NCBI GenBank assembly: GCA_026996605.1
Contig: JALWLE010000141.1
Coordinates: forward strand, 3,086 to 67,085
DNA: 64,000 nt
Direction: 5' to 3'
Source: Flavobacteriales bacterium
GTDB lineage: Bacteria > Bacteroidota > Bacteroidia > Flavobacteriales > Flavobacteriaceae
Shown here: positions 35,894 through 45,860 of the stretch, in pieces
Layout: each line of letters opens with the position of its first letter
Numbering within the stretch: the stretch's first letter is position 1
Program-made: the position numbers and the translations under genes
Notes under the pieces: model-generated
Told to the model about the DNA's origin: nothing
The model's database searches: none
Seen by the model: the letters and a program-made list of their open reading frames with translations, nothing else

Positions 35894-37405
35894 TTAATTC
35901 GTCGGTAAAATATCAAAAGTAGGATAATTTGCAGGGATGACTTTAGCTAATTTTGCACCATAAGTGCGTTCAATCACATCGATAAATTTATTGGCAATAA
36001 CTGCATAGCCTCTTGGTGTGGGATGCACGCCGTCTAAACCGAATAATAAATTGTCTAAATTAGTACCATTAAAATAGTCTGCTGTATAAAATGAGCCATC
36101 TTCAATAACCAAACCATTTTTCATTTGTTCCATTAAAGCAGCCATATCAGCAACCGCCAAATGTTTGTTAGTTGCGATGTCATTTATTATTTGATTATAT
36201 CCGGCTGTAGCAGCTCTAACTTCTGAAATTTCATTTTTAGACAATATCCATTCATCTTCCAAAGGAATAGTTATTCCATGTATCAATTGCGGATTACTTG
36301 GATCCGGTACACCAATAATTGATTTTGCCGTTAAAACTACCAAATCATCAGCAGTTGCTTGTCTTATAGACGGTAAACTCAAACCGGATAAATCCGTTAA
36401 ATACTCATCTTCTATAACCAATGCATTTGCACCTAGATCAAAACTGATTGTTCTGGCATCAGCTTCAGCTTGTGTAATTAAGTTATTTTGAAGTGCAGCT
36501 TGAATACCTGCATTATATTGGGCATAAGCAGTATTTAAAGCATCTACTGTAGCTTGATCAGTTAACGGAATCGGATTATAAGGAATAGTTGTGAAATAAG
36601 GGACGGATGCTACATCCGGAATGGTTGCCAATACTCCTTTGGCTCCATTGGCAGTTAAAGCATCAACTATTTGTTGATAAGCAAAGCCAAACACATTGAC
36701 GTGTGTTATATCATCGGGTCCGTAAGTTGTCGGATTGGTATTGCCGGCGACGTTTTGATCAACACCGGTTCCGCCACTGGTTGCATACCATAATACATCA
36801 TTATTTCCTATCCATAATGTAAAAAATGTAGGATTAGCTGCAACTGCATCTTCCACAATAGACTTATTAGGCGCTGAAGCCATTCTAACAAAGTACGGGT
36901 TAGCTGTTCCTGTTGGTAAGTTAGCAATATTCCCATAACCCTGAAAGCCCAAATGATAAATTTTAGCACCGGGAACTCCCATATTATTATAAGGACCGGG
37001 ATGAATATTTGTGACATCTATGGTGGGTATCTGACTGATTCTCTCCGGTCCACCTTGAGATGCATCAATCACGAGTTTAGTAGGCAAAATAGGAGTTGTA
37101 CCCAGCACCATTCCACCTACATTATTGGTATCATCATCTAAAAACGGTTGCGTAAATTCACCGCCTCCTGCTAATTTTAATTGTTCTGCTAAAATAGCAG
37201 GAAATGAGTTTTCTTGAGCACTTTTATAAAGCGTACCATTGGTATATCCGGCTGTTAATGAATTACCAACAGCAACATAGTTGGAAAAGTCGGCATCGCC
37301 GGATGTATAAGAGTTATCACCCACAGGATTGGAAAACTCAGGTTCACAAGCTGTAAAACTCGAAGCTACTAATAAACCTACAAGAATATATATTATTTTT
37401 TTCAT
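35894..37405 (-). CDS. SGNH/GDSL-type hydrolase lipoprotein
   Basis: Lipobox SSFTAC. VAVGNSLTAGY block I. LDGVHPTPRGYA block V. Confidence 0.65.
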   Translation of the reverse strand: MKKIIYILVGLLVASSFTACEPEFSNPVGDNSYTSGDADFSNYVAVGNSLTAGYTNGTLYKSAQENSFPAILAEQLKLAGGGEFTQPFLDDDTNNVGGMVLGTTPILPTKLVIDASQGGPERISQIPTIDVTNIHPGPYNNMGVPGAKIYHLGFQGYGNIANLPTGTANPYFVRMASAPNKSIVEDAVAANPTFFTLWIGNNDVLWYATSGGTGVDQNVAGNTNPTTYGPDDITHVNVFGFAYQQIVDALTANGAKGVLATIPDVASVPYFTTIPYNPIPLTDQATVDALNTAYAQYNAGIQAALQNNLITQAEADARTISFDLGANALVIEDEYLTDLSGLSLPSIRQATADDLVVLTAKSIIGVPDPSNPQLIHGITIPLEDEWILSKNEISEVRAATAGYNQIINDIATNKHLAVADMAALMEQMKNGLVIEDGSFYTADYFNGTNLDNLLFGLDGVHPTPRGYAVIANKFIDVIERTYGAKLAKVIPANYPTFDILPTN

Positions 37406-37421
37406 GATTTAAATGTTTTTA

Positions 37422-38663
37422 TTAATTAATAGAATAACTGAATCCGATACCGGGAATAATAGCATTACTAACATATGTGCCACCAAACTTGTGTGCACTG
37501 GGTCCTTCACCTTTAACAAAAGTGTAGTCTGTACGTTCTTGTCCATCAACATATAATAATGAAATATCTACCGCCCATTTTTTCATTTGATAACCAAACC
37601 CGAAGGTATAATTGTTTGAATCTAAACTCGGTGTTTCCGGGGAAAAATGTCCTTCGGTTAAAGGGGATTGGTCATAGTAATAACCTGCTCTAACAAACAT
37701 TTTGTCATTTAATTGGTACTCGGCACCAAAGCGAATGGTACTGGTATTTTTATAACTTTTGTTTGCAACACTTGGTGGTAAGCCGTTTTTAAATTCAATG
37801 CGTAGCTCTTCATATATACTCCAGTAAGTGTAATTATAATCTAATGCCAATAGTAATTTATCCGTTGGTTTCACAGAAAAACCAATTCCTAATTCAGCCG
37901 GCATTGGTAGTTTGGCAGAGAAAGCCGTAGTTTTTAATTTATTAGATAAAATAGCAGGTACATTATTAAACTCTGCTTTACCATATTTAGCATCTAAGGT
38001 AACCGACGAACGATAGTTTAGACCAAAAGAAATCTTATCGGACGGACGAAAAGCTAAACTAAAGTCATAACCGGCTGCACCGGTAATACCGGAATCTAAT
38101 TGAGCGTTGGTTTTTTCACCATTATCACCGGTTAAATATCGGTTAATATTCTTGTTATACGAAACTCCTCCATAAACCATAATCAAAGAAGCAGACATAC
38201 TTAACATATCGGAAAATTTATAGGTCAATGAAGGCTGAATAAAGAACACTTTCATAGAAATTTCATTAACAATATCAGAGCCGGTCCAATTATTCCATAC
38301 GGTAGAACTTCCAAAAGGTGTATAAACGGCCAAACCCAAACTGACATTCTTATCAACTTGATAAGCGGCATACAAGTAGAAAGGCGTACCGATAGGATTA
38401 TCGGTTTCATAAGCCCAATTATAACGTTCATTTTGAAATTTGACATGAGACATAATACCACTTACCCCAAACGAAAAATTAAATTTATTGTCTAAAAAAG
38501 CGATTCCCGCCGGATTAAAAAAAGCCGTCTCTGCATTATTAAACACTGACAAACCGGCATGTGCCATACCTAGCATCCGTTGTCCTTGCAAGGCAACTCT
38601 ATAGCCTCCGGCATACATACTGCCAAAGCTGATGAATACAAATACTATTAATATTTTTTTCAT
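37422..38663 (-). CDS. FadL/TodX-family outer-membrane hydrophobic-compound transport protein
   Basis: Signal peptide. N-terminal GGYRVALQGQRMLGMAHAG hatch motif. Beta-barrel pattern with terminal aromatic region. Confidence 0.75.
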   Translation of the reverse strand: MKKILIVFVFISFGSMYAGGYRVALQGQRMLGMAHAGLSVFNNAETAFFNPAGIAFLDNKFNFSFGVSGIMSHVKFQNERYNWAYETDNPIGTPFYLYAAYQVDKNVSLGLAVYTPFGSSTVWNNWTGSDIVNEISMKVFFIQPSLTYKFSDMLSMSASLIMVYGGVSYNKNINRYLTGDNGEKTNAQLDSGITGAAGYDFSLAFRPSDKISFGLNYRSSVTLDAKYGKAEFNNVPAILSNKLKTTAFSAKLPMPAELGIGFSVKPTDKLLLALDYNYTYWSIYEELRIEFKNGLPPSVANKSYKNTSTIRFGAEYQLNDKMFVRAGYYYDQSPLTEGHFSPETPSLDSNNYTFGFGYQMKKWAVDISLLYVDGQERTDYTFVKGEGPSAHKFGGTYVSNAIIPGIGFSYSIN

Positions 38664-38753
38664 AGTTATTAAGTTTAAATTAATTTTTTATAAAATTACA
38701 TTAAATAAATTTTACTTGCAAATTTTTTTTTAAAATTATCCCATAAATATGGG

Positions 38754-39098
38754 TCTATGTCGTTTTGTGTGGGTAATAATAAATTAGGTTTAAGAATCAT
38801 ATAATCATGGTTATTATTTTTTATATAATTTCACCCCCTACGGGGTTTATGTTATTAACGTCATAAATTTTCTATAAATATATCACCCCTACGGTGTTCA
38901 ATGGTGTGTTTATTATTGTTTTGTCTATAAATAAATCACTCTTTCGGGGTTATTATATAATCCAGACGATTGTCGGGAGACATTATTATAATAAAGCAAT
39001 TAAACAAAGTTTTTGCCCCCGACGACTGTCGGGATACATTATTTTTTGAGATATTATATATATTACCCACCTAAATCGATACAGAACCATAAATATTT
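38754..39098 (+). mobile_element. MITE-like ~340-bp non-coding repeat, copy 2 (direct orientation relative to copy 1)
   Basis: Collinear with 31505-31836, including both termini and the internal hairpin sub-repeats. Confidence 0.7.
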
Positions 39099-39127
39099 TA
39101 TAAAGTCTAATAAAATAAAATAAATTC

Positions 39128-39898
39128 TTATTGGTTTAAGAATGCTAGTGTCTTTTCAAAAAACACAACCGGTTGTTCCGCATGTACCCAATGACCACTA
39201 TTGGGAATTGTAGTGATTTCAGCATTTGGAAAATGGGCTTTAATTTGAGAAAAGTCATTTGGTAAGATATAAGGTGATTTAGCACCTTTTAAAAATAACG
39301 CCGGTACATGACTTTCTTGCAATGGCGGTAAGGCTTCACCTAATTCTTCTAACGATGCCGCTAACACAGGCATATTTGCTTTCCATATAAAAGTGCCGTC
39401 TTGTTGACGTCCTAAATTTTTCAAGATAAATTTTACAATCGCCTGTGAATCAATAAATTGAGACACAAATTTGTCAACTTCACGGCGTGTTTTAAAACGA
39501 CTTAAATCAATCTTATCAATCGTATCAAAGATAAAATGGTGATGTGGCGGATAATACTTGGGGGCAATATCCACTACAATGAGTTTATGCAGTAATTCCG
39601 GATATTGTAAAGCAAAAAACATGGCGGTCTTTCCCCCCAATGAATGTCCCAATAAATCAAATGATTCAATTTGATGCGCTTTTACATATTTATATAGGTC
39701 ATCGGTTAATGCTTCATAAGTCATCTCATCATCATGAAAACTTTTGCCGTGATTACGCTGATCTATCAAATGTACTTCAAAGCCCTGTTCGGCATATTGG
39801 CGTCCGAGAGTTATCCAATTATCGCCCATACCTAATAAGCCGTGCAAAATCAATAGTGGCTTGCCTTTACCAATAATTTTTGAATGTAAAATATTCAT
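39128..39898 (-). CDS. Alpha/beta-fold hydrolase
   Basis: LILHGLLG, nucleophile elbow GHSLGG, C-terminal GHWVHAE. ATG at 39896-39898 preferred over the TTG at 39922. Confidence 0.8.
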   Translation of the reverse strand: MNILHSKIIGKGKPLLILHGLLGMGDNWITLGRQYAEQGFEVHLIDQRNHGKSFHDDEMTYEALTDDLYKYVKAHQIESFDLLGHSLGGKTAMFFALQYPELLHKLIVVDIAPKYYPPHHHFIFDTIDKIDLSRFKTRREVDKFVSQFIDSQAIVKFILKNLGRQQDGTFIWKANMPVLAASLEELGEALPPLQESHVPALFLKGAKSPYILPNDFSQIKAHFPNAEITTIPNSGHWVHAEQPVVFFEKTLAFLNQ

Positions 39899-39918
39899 CT
39901 TAAAATCAACAGTTATTA

Positions 39919-40644
39919 TCAATTTCCACCGGCTAATTTATGTTGATACATGCCAATAACGTTTTCCATACCGTAAATCAAAGATTCGACCACCAAGGCG
40001 TGACCTATGGAAACTTCATCGAGATAAGGCACTTTTTGTTTGAAATAAGCAATGTTTTGCAAATTCAAATCATGTCCGGCATTGATGCCTAAACCTAACC
40101 GGTTTGCCAGTTTAGCCGCCAATGCAAATTTTTCAACTTCCTTTAAATTGCCTTTGGCAAATTCGGAAGCATAAGATTCGGTATAGAGTTCTATCCGGTC
40201 GGTTCCGGTGGCTACAGCGCCTTCAACCATTTTCAAATCCGGATCAACAAAAATAGACGTGCGGATGCCATTTCGTTTAAATTCACTGATGATGTCTTTT
40301 AAATAATCACGATGGGTTATCGTATCCCAACCGTGATCAGAAGTCAACTGATTGGGATCATCAGGTACCAATGTAACCTGTTCAGGTTTAACCGATAAGA
40401 CTAAGTCTATAAATTTAGAAATCGGATTACCTTCGATATTAAATTCGGTCGTTACCACCGGGCGCAATGCATAGGCATCGGCATAACGGATATGGCGCTC
40501 ATCAGGGCGCGGATGAATAGTGATGCCATCGGCACCATAATCTTGAGCTTTTTGAGCAAATTCTATTACATTGGGGTAATTACCACCGCGTGCATTGCGC
40601 AAAGTGGCTATTTTATTGATATTGACGCTTAATTTGGTTTTCAT
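39919..40644 (-). CDS. pdxJ: Pyridoxine 5'-phosphate synthase
   Basis: LSVNINKIATLRNARGG, HPRPDERH and GHDLN motifs. Confidence 0.9.
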   Translation of the reverse strand: MKTKLSVNINKIATLRNARGGNYPNVIEFAQKAQDYGADGITIHPRPDERHIRYADAYALRPVVTTEFNIEGNPISKFIDLVLSVKPEQVTLVPDDPNQLTSDHGWDTITHRDYLKDIISEFKRNGIRTSIFVDPDLKMVEGAVATGTDRIELYTESYASEFAKGNLKEVEKFALAAKLANRLGLGINAGHDLNLQNIAYFKQKVPYLDEVSIGHALVVESLIYGMENVIGMYQHKLAGGN

Positions 40645-40647
40645 TTG

Positions 40648-40695
40648 TTGGTTAATTGGTGATATGATTATCTGGTTATTTGATGAATTGATGAA
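40648..40695 (-). repeat. AAATAACC/CATCAAT-type CA-rich tract (read on the minus strand) immediately upstream of the pdxJ start
   Basis: The reverse complement reads ttcatcaattcatcaaataaccagataatcatatcaccaattaacc, followed by aacaaATG. Confidence 0.75.
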
Positions 40696-40810
40696 TTTTT
40701 GATTTTATCTGTTTCATAGAATGTTATGTTCTTCGATGTTTACTCGCTACTTGTTACTTGATACTTGCTACTTGCCACTTTATAAACATTACAAACTTTT
40801 AACTAATAGG

Positions 40811-41218
40811 CTATAACAAACTTTTTATTTTATCAACAAATATTTTAGGCGGACGAATAGGCTTTCCGTCTGTTCCGGCAAACACCAAAACCACTTCGCC
40901 TTCGGTGGCTTTTTGTCCGGCTTCATTATAAATTTCGTAACCGAATGCCAAACGAACACCTTTCAAATATTTTACACGCGTTTTGAGTGTAATCAATTCA
41001 TCAAAAGTCAAGGGCAAATAATATTTGGTTTGTAAGGTATAAACCGGCAAAATATAGCCGTCTTTTTCCATTTGTTTATAAGATATACCTATTTGATGCA
41101 TCAATGCAATCCGCCCCATTTCATAGTATTGAGCATAAATACTATGGTGAATATACCCCATTTGGTCTGTCTCGGCATAACGGGTTTTAAATTTTAATTC
41201 ATGAATTTTTTCAGACAT
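40811..41218 (-). CDS. Acyl-CoA thioesterase, YbgC/4HBT family
   Basis: RYAETDQMGYIHHSIY hot-dog-fold catalytic motif. Confidence 0.8.
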   Translation of the reverse strand: MSEKIHELKFKTRYAETDQMGYIHHSIYAQYYEMGRIALMHQIGISYKQMEKDGYILPVYTLQTKYYLPLTFDELITLKTRVKYLKGVRLAFGYEIYNEAGQKATEGEVVLVFAGTDGKPIRPPKIFVDKIKSLL

Positions 41219-41428
41219 TTTTTTCTTTACATTATCTTTAATAATCTACGACAAATGTATAATAATTTTTTTTAAAAAATCCATTTTTTTTAAGACATAA
41301 ATAATAATGAAAAAAAAGTTAAAAAACAAGCAAAAAAAATTTTTTTAATAGAAAATTTTATCCCAATTTTGCAGTTACAAAAAGGAAAGAAAATTAATTT
41401 TTTTTACCCGTTAACCTAATAACTAATT

Positions 41429-42850
41429 ATGAATCAAGCACTTAACATTTGGAATAAATGTTTATCCTTTATTAAGGACAATATTGATGAAACGGCATTT
41501 GAGACTTGGTTCAAACCTTTAGTTCCTATTGATTTTAAAGAAAACATTTTAAAAATTCAGGTTCCCAGTAAGTTTTATTATGAGTGGATTGAGGAACATT
41601 ATTTACAGCTTTTAAAAGTTGCTTTAACCAAATATATTGGTTCGGATGCCAAATTGATATACAGCATCAAAATGAGTGCCGATGCTGACAAAAAAAAGAC
41701 AAATTTAATGGACGTTCCCAGTTCGAATCGTCCACCGGTTGAAACTCGTAATCGTAAAACAACTAAAAACTTTGCACCGGAAATCAAAAATCCTTTTGCA
41801 TTTCCCGGAATTAAAAAAATTCACATCGATTCACAACTGAATCCTCATTATACATTTGATAATTTTGTCGAAGGCAATTCCAATCGTTTGGCACGCAATG
41901 CCGCTATGGCTGTTGCTAAAAAACCCGGTGCAACATCTTTTAATCCTTTATTGATATACGGTGATGTAGGACTTGGTAAAACACACTTGGCTAATGCTGT
42001 AGGTGTGGAAGTCAAAAGTCGTTTTCCGGACAAAACCGTTTTGTATGTATCTACCGAAAAATTTATTCAACAATATTCAACTGCTGCCCAACGCAACAAT
42101 CGCAATGATTTTATTCATTTTTATCAAATGATTGATGTTTTAATTGTTGATGATATACAATTTTTATCGGGTAAACCCGGTACGCAAGACGTATTTTTCC
42201 ATATCTTTAACCATTTGCATCAAAACAAAAAACAAATCGTTTTAACGGCAGACAAAACGCCGGTTGATATGCAAGATATAGAGCAACGGCTTTTATCTCG
42301 TTTTAAATGGGGACTTTCGGCAGAACTGCAAAAACCGGATTATGAAATGCGTAAGCAAATTATACTCAATAAATTATATCATGACGGTGTCAAGTTACCC
42401 GAAGATGTTATTGAATATATTGCCCAAAGTATAAAAACCAACATTAGAGAACTGGAAGGCATCATCATATCATTGATAGCACATGCTTCTTTTGATCATA
42501 AAGAAATTAATTTGGATTTGGCTCAAAAAATAGTTCAAAATTATGTCAAGCAAACCAAAAAGAACTACTCGCTTGATATGATTCAAGAAGTGGTGGCTAA
42601 ATATTTCGGTGTTGATATCGAAGCTATTCAATCCAAGTCGCGCAAACGTGATATTGTACAAGCCCGTCAATTTGTTATGTACTTTGCCAAAAAAATTACC
42701 AATAAACCCTATGCCGAAATCGGTAAACATATTGGTAATAGGAATCATGCTACCGTATTACATGCTTGCAAAACTATTGACGGCTTAAAAAAAGTCAATA
42801 AAGAATTTGGAAAATTCCACAAAGATTTAGAAATCAGATTTTCCTTATAA
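41429..42850 (+). CDS. dnaA: Chromosomal replication initiator protein DnaA
   Basis: GDVGLGKTHL Walker A, IVDDIQFL Walker B, C-terminal DNA-binding HATVLHACK. Confidence 0.95.
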   Translation: MNQALNIWNKCLSFIKDNIDETAFETWFKPLVPIDFKENILKIQVPSKFYYEWIEEHYLQLLKVALTKYIGSDAKLIYSIKMSADADKKKTNLMDVPSSNRPPVETRNRKTTKNFAPEIKNPFAFPGIKKIHIDSQLNPHYTFDNFVEGNSNRLARNAAMAVAKKPGATSFNPLLIYGDVGLGKTHLANAVGVEVKSRFPDKTVLYVSTEKFIQQYSTAAQRNNRNDFIHFYQMIDVLIVDDIQFLSGKPGTQDVFFHIFNHLHQNKKQIVLTADKTPVDMQDIEQRLLSRFKWGLSAELQKPDYEMRKQIILNKLYHDGVKLPEDVIEYIAQSIKTNIRELEGIIISLIAHASFDHKEINLDLAQKIVQNYVKQTKKNYSLDMIQEVVAKYFGVDIEAIQSKSRKRDIVQARQFVMYFAKKITNKPYAEIGKHIGNRNHATVLHACKTIDGLKKVNKEFGKFHKDLEIRFSL

Positions 42851-42900
42851 CCGTTTATTTTTTTGTAATTTTGCAGTCGTATTCACAAATCTATTTGTTT

Positions 42901-43365
42901 ATGTCTGACAAAAGACGAATTTTAATGGTCTGTTTGGGTAATATTTGTCGTTCACCTTTGGCGGAAGCTTTGCTACGTCATAAAGTTAATCCTAAAAAAG
43001 TTGAAGTTGATTCTGCCGGACTGGACAGCTATCATATAGGTGAAGCACCATGTAAAACATCTCAAGAAGTTGCCGGCGAACACGGACTGGACATTTCCGG
43101 ATTGCGCGCCAGAGCTTTTAAGACTTCCGACTTTGACCGTTTTGATAAAATTTATATCATGGACGATTATAATTGGCAGTTGATACAATCCCGTGCAAGG
43201 AATAAAGCCGACTTGCAAAAAGTAGATTTTATTCTCAATGAAATTTTTCCCGGTGAAAATATGGCGGTTCCCGATTCATACGGTAAAGGCAAAAATGCCG
43301 CCAAACTGGTCTATGATATGCTCGATAAAGCGACTACAGCTATCGCTCAAAAACTACAATCTTGA
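42901..43365 (+). CDS. Low-molecular-weight protein-tyrosine phosphatase
   Basis: CLGNICRSP P-loop and DPY-like DSYG. ATG at 42901 preferred over the TTG at 42871. Confidence 0.85.
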   Translation: MSDKRRILMVCLGNICRSPLAEALLRHKVNPKKVEVDSAGLDSYHIGEAPCKTSQEVAGEHGLDISGLRARAFKTSDFDRFDKIYIMDDYNWQLIQSRARNKADLQKVDFILNEIFPGENMAVPDSYGKGKNAAKLVYDMLDKATTAIAQKLQS

Positions 43366-44072
43366 AAAAAGCGACACTATTTTTGATTCCCGCTCCACTG
43401 GGTGATACGCCACTCAATGAAATTATGCCGGAGATTGTCAAACGGACTATTTCTAGTTTGACTTATTTTATTGTTGAAAATGAAAAAACCGCCCGTCGTT
43501 TTATCAAGCGTATTTGTCCTGAAAAAAAACAATCGGAAATCATTGTGTATCAGCTTGATAAGCATCAAAAATCGGCCTTTTTACAAGACTATATTCAAGC
43601 TTTACTGCAAGGCTCGGATATGGGATTATTATCTGAAGCCGGTTTGCCTGCCGTAGCTGACCCTGGTAGTTTGGTAGTTGCTTTGGCACATCAAAAAAAT
43701 ATTCCGGTCAAACCTTTAACCGGTCCGTCGTCGTTGATGTTAGCACTGATGGGGTCCGGTTTAAACGGACAAAAATTTTCATTTGAAGGTTATTTACCTA
43801 AAGAATCCTCTGAACTCAAACGTAAAATCAAGCATTTGGAACAAGTTTCCGCAAAAAATAATTGTACAAAAATCTGTATCGAAACCCCATATCGCAATCA
43901 AAAACTACTGCAAAGTTTCTTAAAATACTTACATCCCGATACGCAACTATGTATTGCTTGCGATTTGACCCTCTCTACCGAATTTATTAAAACCATGCCG
44001 GTAAAAAAATGGTCAAAACATTTACCCGATTTACACAAACGCCCTACGGTTTTCTTATTTCAAGCCCGATAA
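43362..44072 (+). CDS. SAM-dependent methyltransferase of the tetrapyrrole-methylase/RsmI-like fold
   Basis: LFLIPAPLGD and LLSEAGLPAVADPG motifs. TTG start overlaps the upstream TGA. Confidence 0.65.
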   Translation: MKKATLFLIPAPLGDTPLNEIMPEIVKRTISSLTYFIVENEKTARRFIKRICPEKKQSEIIVYQLDKHQKSAFLQDYIQALLQGSDMGLLSEAGLPAVADPGSLVVALAHQKNIPVKPLTGPSSLMLALMGSGLNGQKFSFEGYLPKESSELKRKIKHLEQVSAKNNCTKICIETPYRNQKLLQSFLKYLHPDTQLCIACDLTLSTEFIKTMPVKKWSKHLPDLHKRPTVFLFQAR

Positions 44073-44122
44073 TATAATTTGGAATGATTTTTGTTTAATT
44101 TTAATAACAAAATTCTATTAAA

Positions 44123-44602
44123 ATGAAATTCAAATTAATTATTCCGGCAATTCTTTTTACATTATTAATAACCTCATGTTCGTCCACCAAAATAGAATAT
44201 GATAAATCCATTGACTTCACGCAATATAAAACCTATGCATTCTTTAAAAAAGGTTTAGATCACTTAAAAATACCTACCAAAAAGAAACGTTTTGTCGTAA
44301 AAACCATTTCCGAAGTTATGTTGCAAAAAGGCTTTACCAAATCAAGTCATCCGGATTTGATTATCAATATTTTTACCGATTTACATGATAGAATAGATGT
44401 TTATCCGCAATATTATTCTCCTTTCTATAGTCGTGCCTATATTGAAAAATCAAAAGAAGGCACTTTATTTATAGACATTGTCGATTTAAAACAAAAAAAA
44501 GTAATTTGGTCCGGTAGAAAATATATTAACTTAAGCGGTAATGACTATAAGCAGTTTAAAAAAGCTATTTATAAACTTTTAGAAAATTTTCCTCCTAAAT
44601 AG
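44123..44602 (+). CDS. Small lipoprotein (DUF4136-like)
   Basis: Lipobox LITSCSS. 159 aa. Confidence 0.5.
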   Translation: MKFKLIIPAILFTLLITSCSSTKIEYDKSIDFTQYKTYAFFKKGLDHLKIPTKKKRFVVKTISEVMLQKGFTKSSHPDLIINIFTDLHDRIDVYPQYYSPFYSRAYIEKSKEGTLFIDIVDLKQKKVIWSGRKYINLSGNDYKQFKKAIYKLLENFPPK

Positions 44603-44978
44603 AAACCTGTGTCTTAGTTTTTCAAAAAAAGAAAAAAAAAAATTCACTTTTTTAATAGTAGCAAGCGCTTTGTTTATTGAAACTTAAAATGCTTCAATAA
44701 TTGATGTCGGGTATGGATTTGAAAAATCGGATTTTTTAAAATTCATTGATAATAATGGACACTACCTTTTACAAAGTACGAAATTAGAAATAGAATAATA
44801 TGAATATGTCCTGAAATAGCTATATTAAATCTTATTCCCGTTATAAAAGTTTTAATAATAGTTAAGTATGATTCTTCATTTAAATTTATCTTATCAAACC
44901 CACTTACTAACAATATTGCCCTAAAAATAAAAAACTGATATGACTAACAAATATGTTTTCATTTTTAATAATATATTT

Positions 44979-45860
44979 TTATTTGGTGTCATTTTTTTTG
45001 TTTTTTGCTTGATTTTTTAATAATAATTTTTTTTCTAAATTATCAATGCTTCCTATTGAATTATCATAATCAAGAATAATATTTTGAATACCCAAACTTA
45101 ATACAGTATTTATATTATTAGCATCTACGCCGTAAGTAATTTTATTTTTTATTAAGTTATGTTTTTTTAGAAATGCAATATGTTTTTCGTTTACTTCTGA
45201 TAAAAAACTAGAATAATAATCTGGTTTATAATTGACAGGAATAATGTAATATATCCACTCCTTTCCTTTGTTGAAGCCCTCTAATGCCACTTTTATATTT
45301 GGTGCCTTCATTTTTATATATATTAAAAACAAGAGATTTTCGTCAGCGATAATAATATTTTCTTTTTTTCTATTTTTTTTAAGAATAAAAAGCAAAGAAT
45401 CTGCGATTGATTTTGATGTTTCTTTTATATCAAGGTATAATATCTTTGAAAAATTAGTTTGTTCTAAAAACTCATCCAAAGAAAGTACTTTGTTTTTAGT
45501 TTGTTTTCCATTATATACTAATTTTCTTTGTTTAATATCATTCCATTTCATTTCGTTAATATTAGTATCAATTCCTAACAAACGCTTAGCAGACTTATCA
45601 TGAAAAATAATTAGTTTGCCATCTTTAGTACAACTAATGTCTGTTTCAATTGCATTAAAACCAATACTATCACTTTTTGAAAAAGATTCTTTGCTATTCT
45701 CTACATTTAAGTTTACATAACCTCTATGAGCAAATATTATTGGTTTACCTTGATTAATTAATTCATAATCATATCTATCCCCAAGTCCTCCGCCCAAAAT
45801 TATAATTAAACTAATTATTAAGATAATACCGATCGAAATATATTTTATTGTTCTTATCAT
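44979..45860 (-). CDS. Glycerophosphodiester phosphodiesterase family protein with N-terminal TM anchor
   Basis: IFAHRGY...ENS..SF...GF.AIETDI..TKDGKLIIFHD GDPD motifs. Confidence 0.7.
   Translation of the reverse strand: MIRTIKYISIGIILIISLIIILGGGLGDRYDYELINQGKPIIFAHRGYVNLNVENSKESFSKSDSIGFNAIETDISCTKDGKLIIFHDKSAKRLLGIDTNINEMKWNDIKQRKLVYNGKQTKNKVLSLDEFLEQTNFSKILYLDIKETSKSIADSLLFILKKNRKKENIIIADENLLFLIYIKMKAPNIKVALEGFNKGKEWIYYIIPVNYKPDYYSSFLSEVNEKHIAFLKKHNLIKNKITYGVDANNINTVLSLGIQNIILDYDNSIGSIDNLEKKLLLKNQAKNKKNDTK

Noticed and set aside
41219-41428. oriC upstream of dnaA.
   Set aside because: The region is AT-rich. I see only one degenerate DnaA-box-like sequence (ttttatcccaa) and no cluster of TTATCCACA-type boxes or an obvious DUE repeat. 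It cannot be supported from this window.
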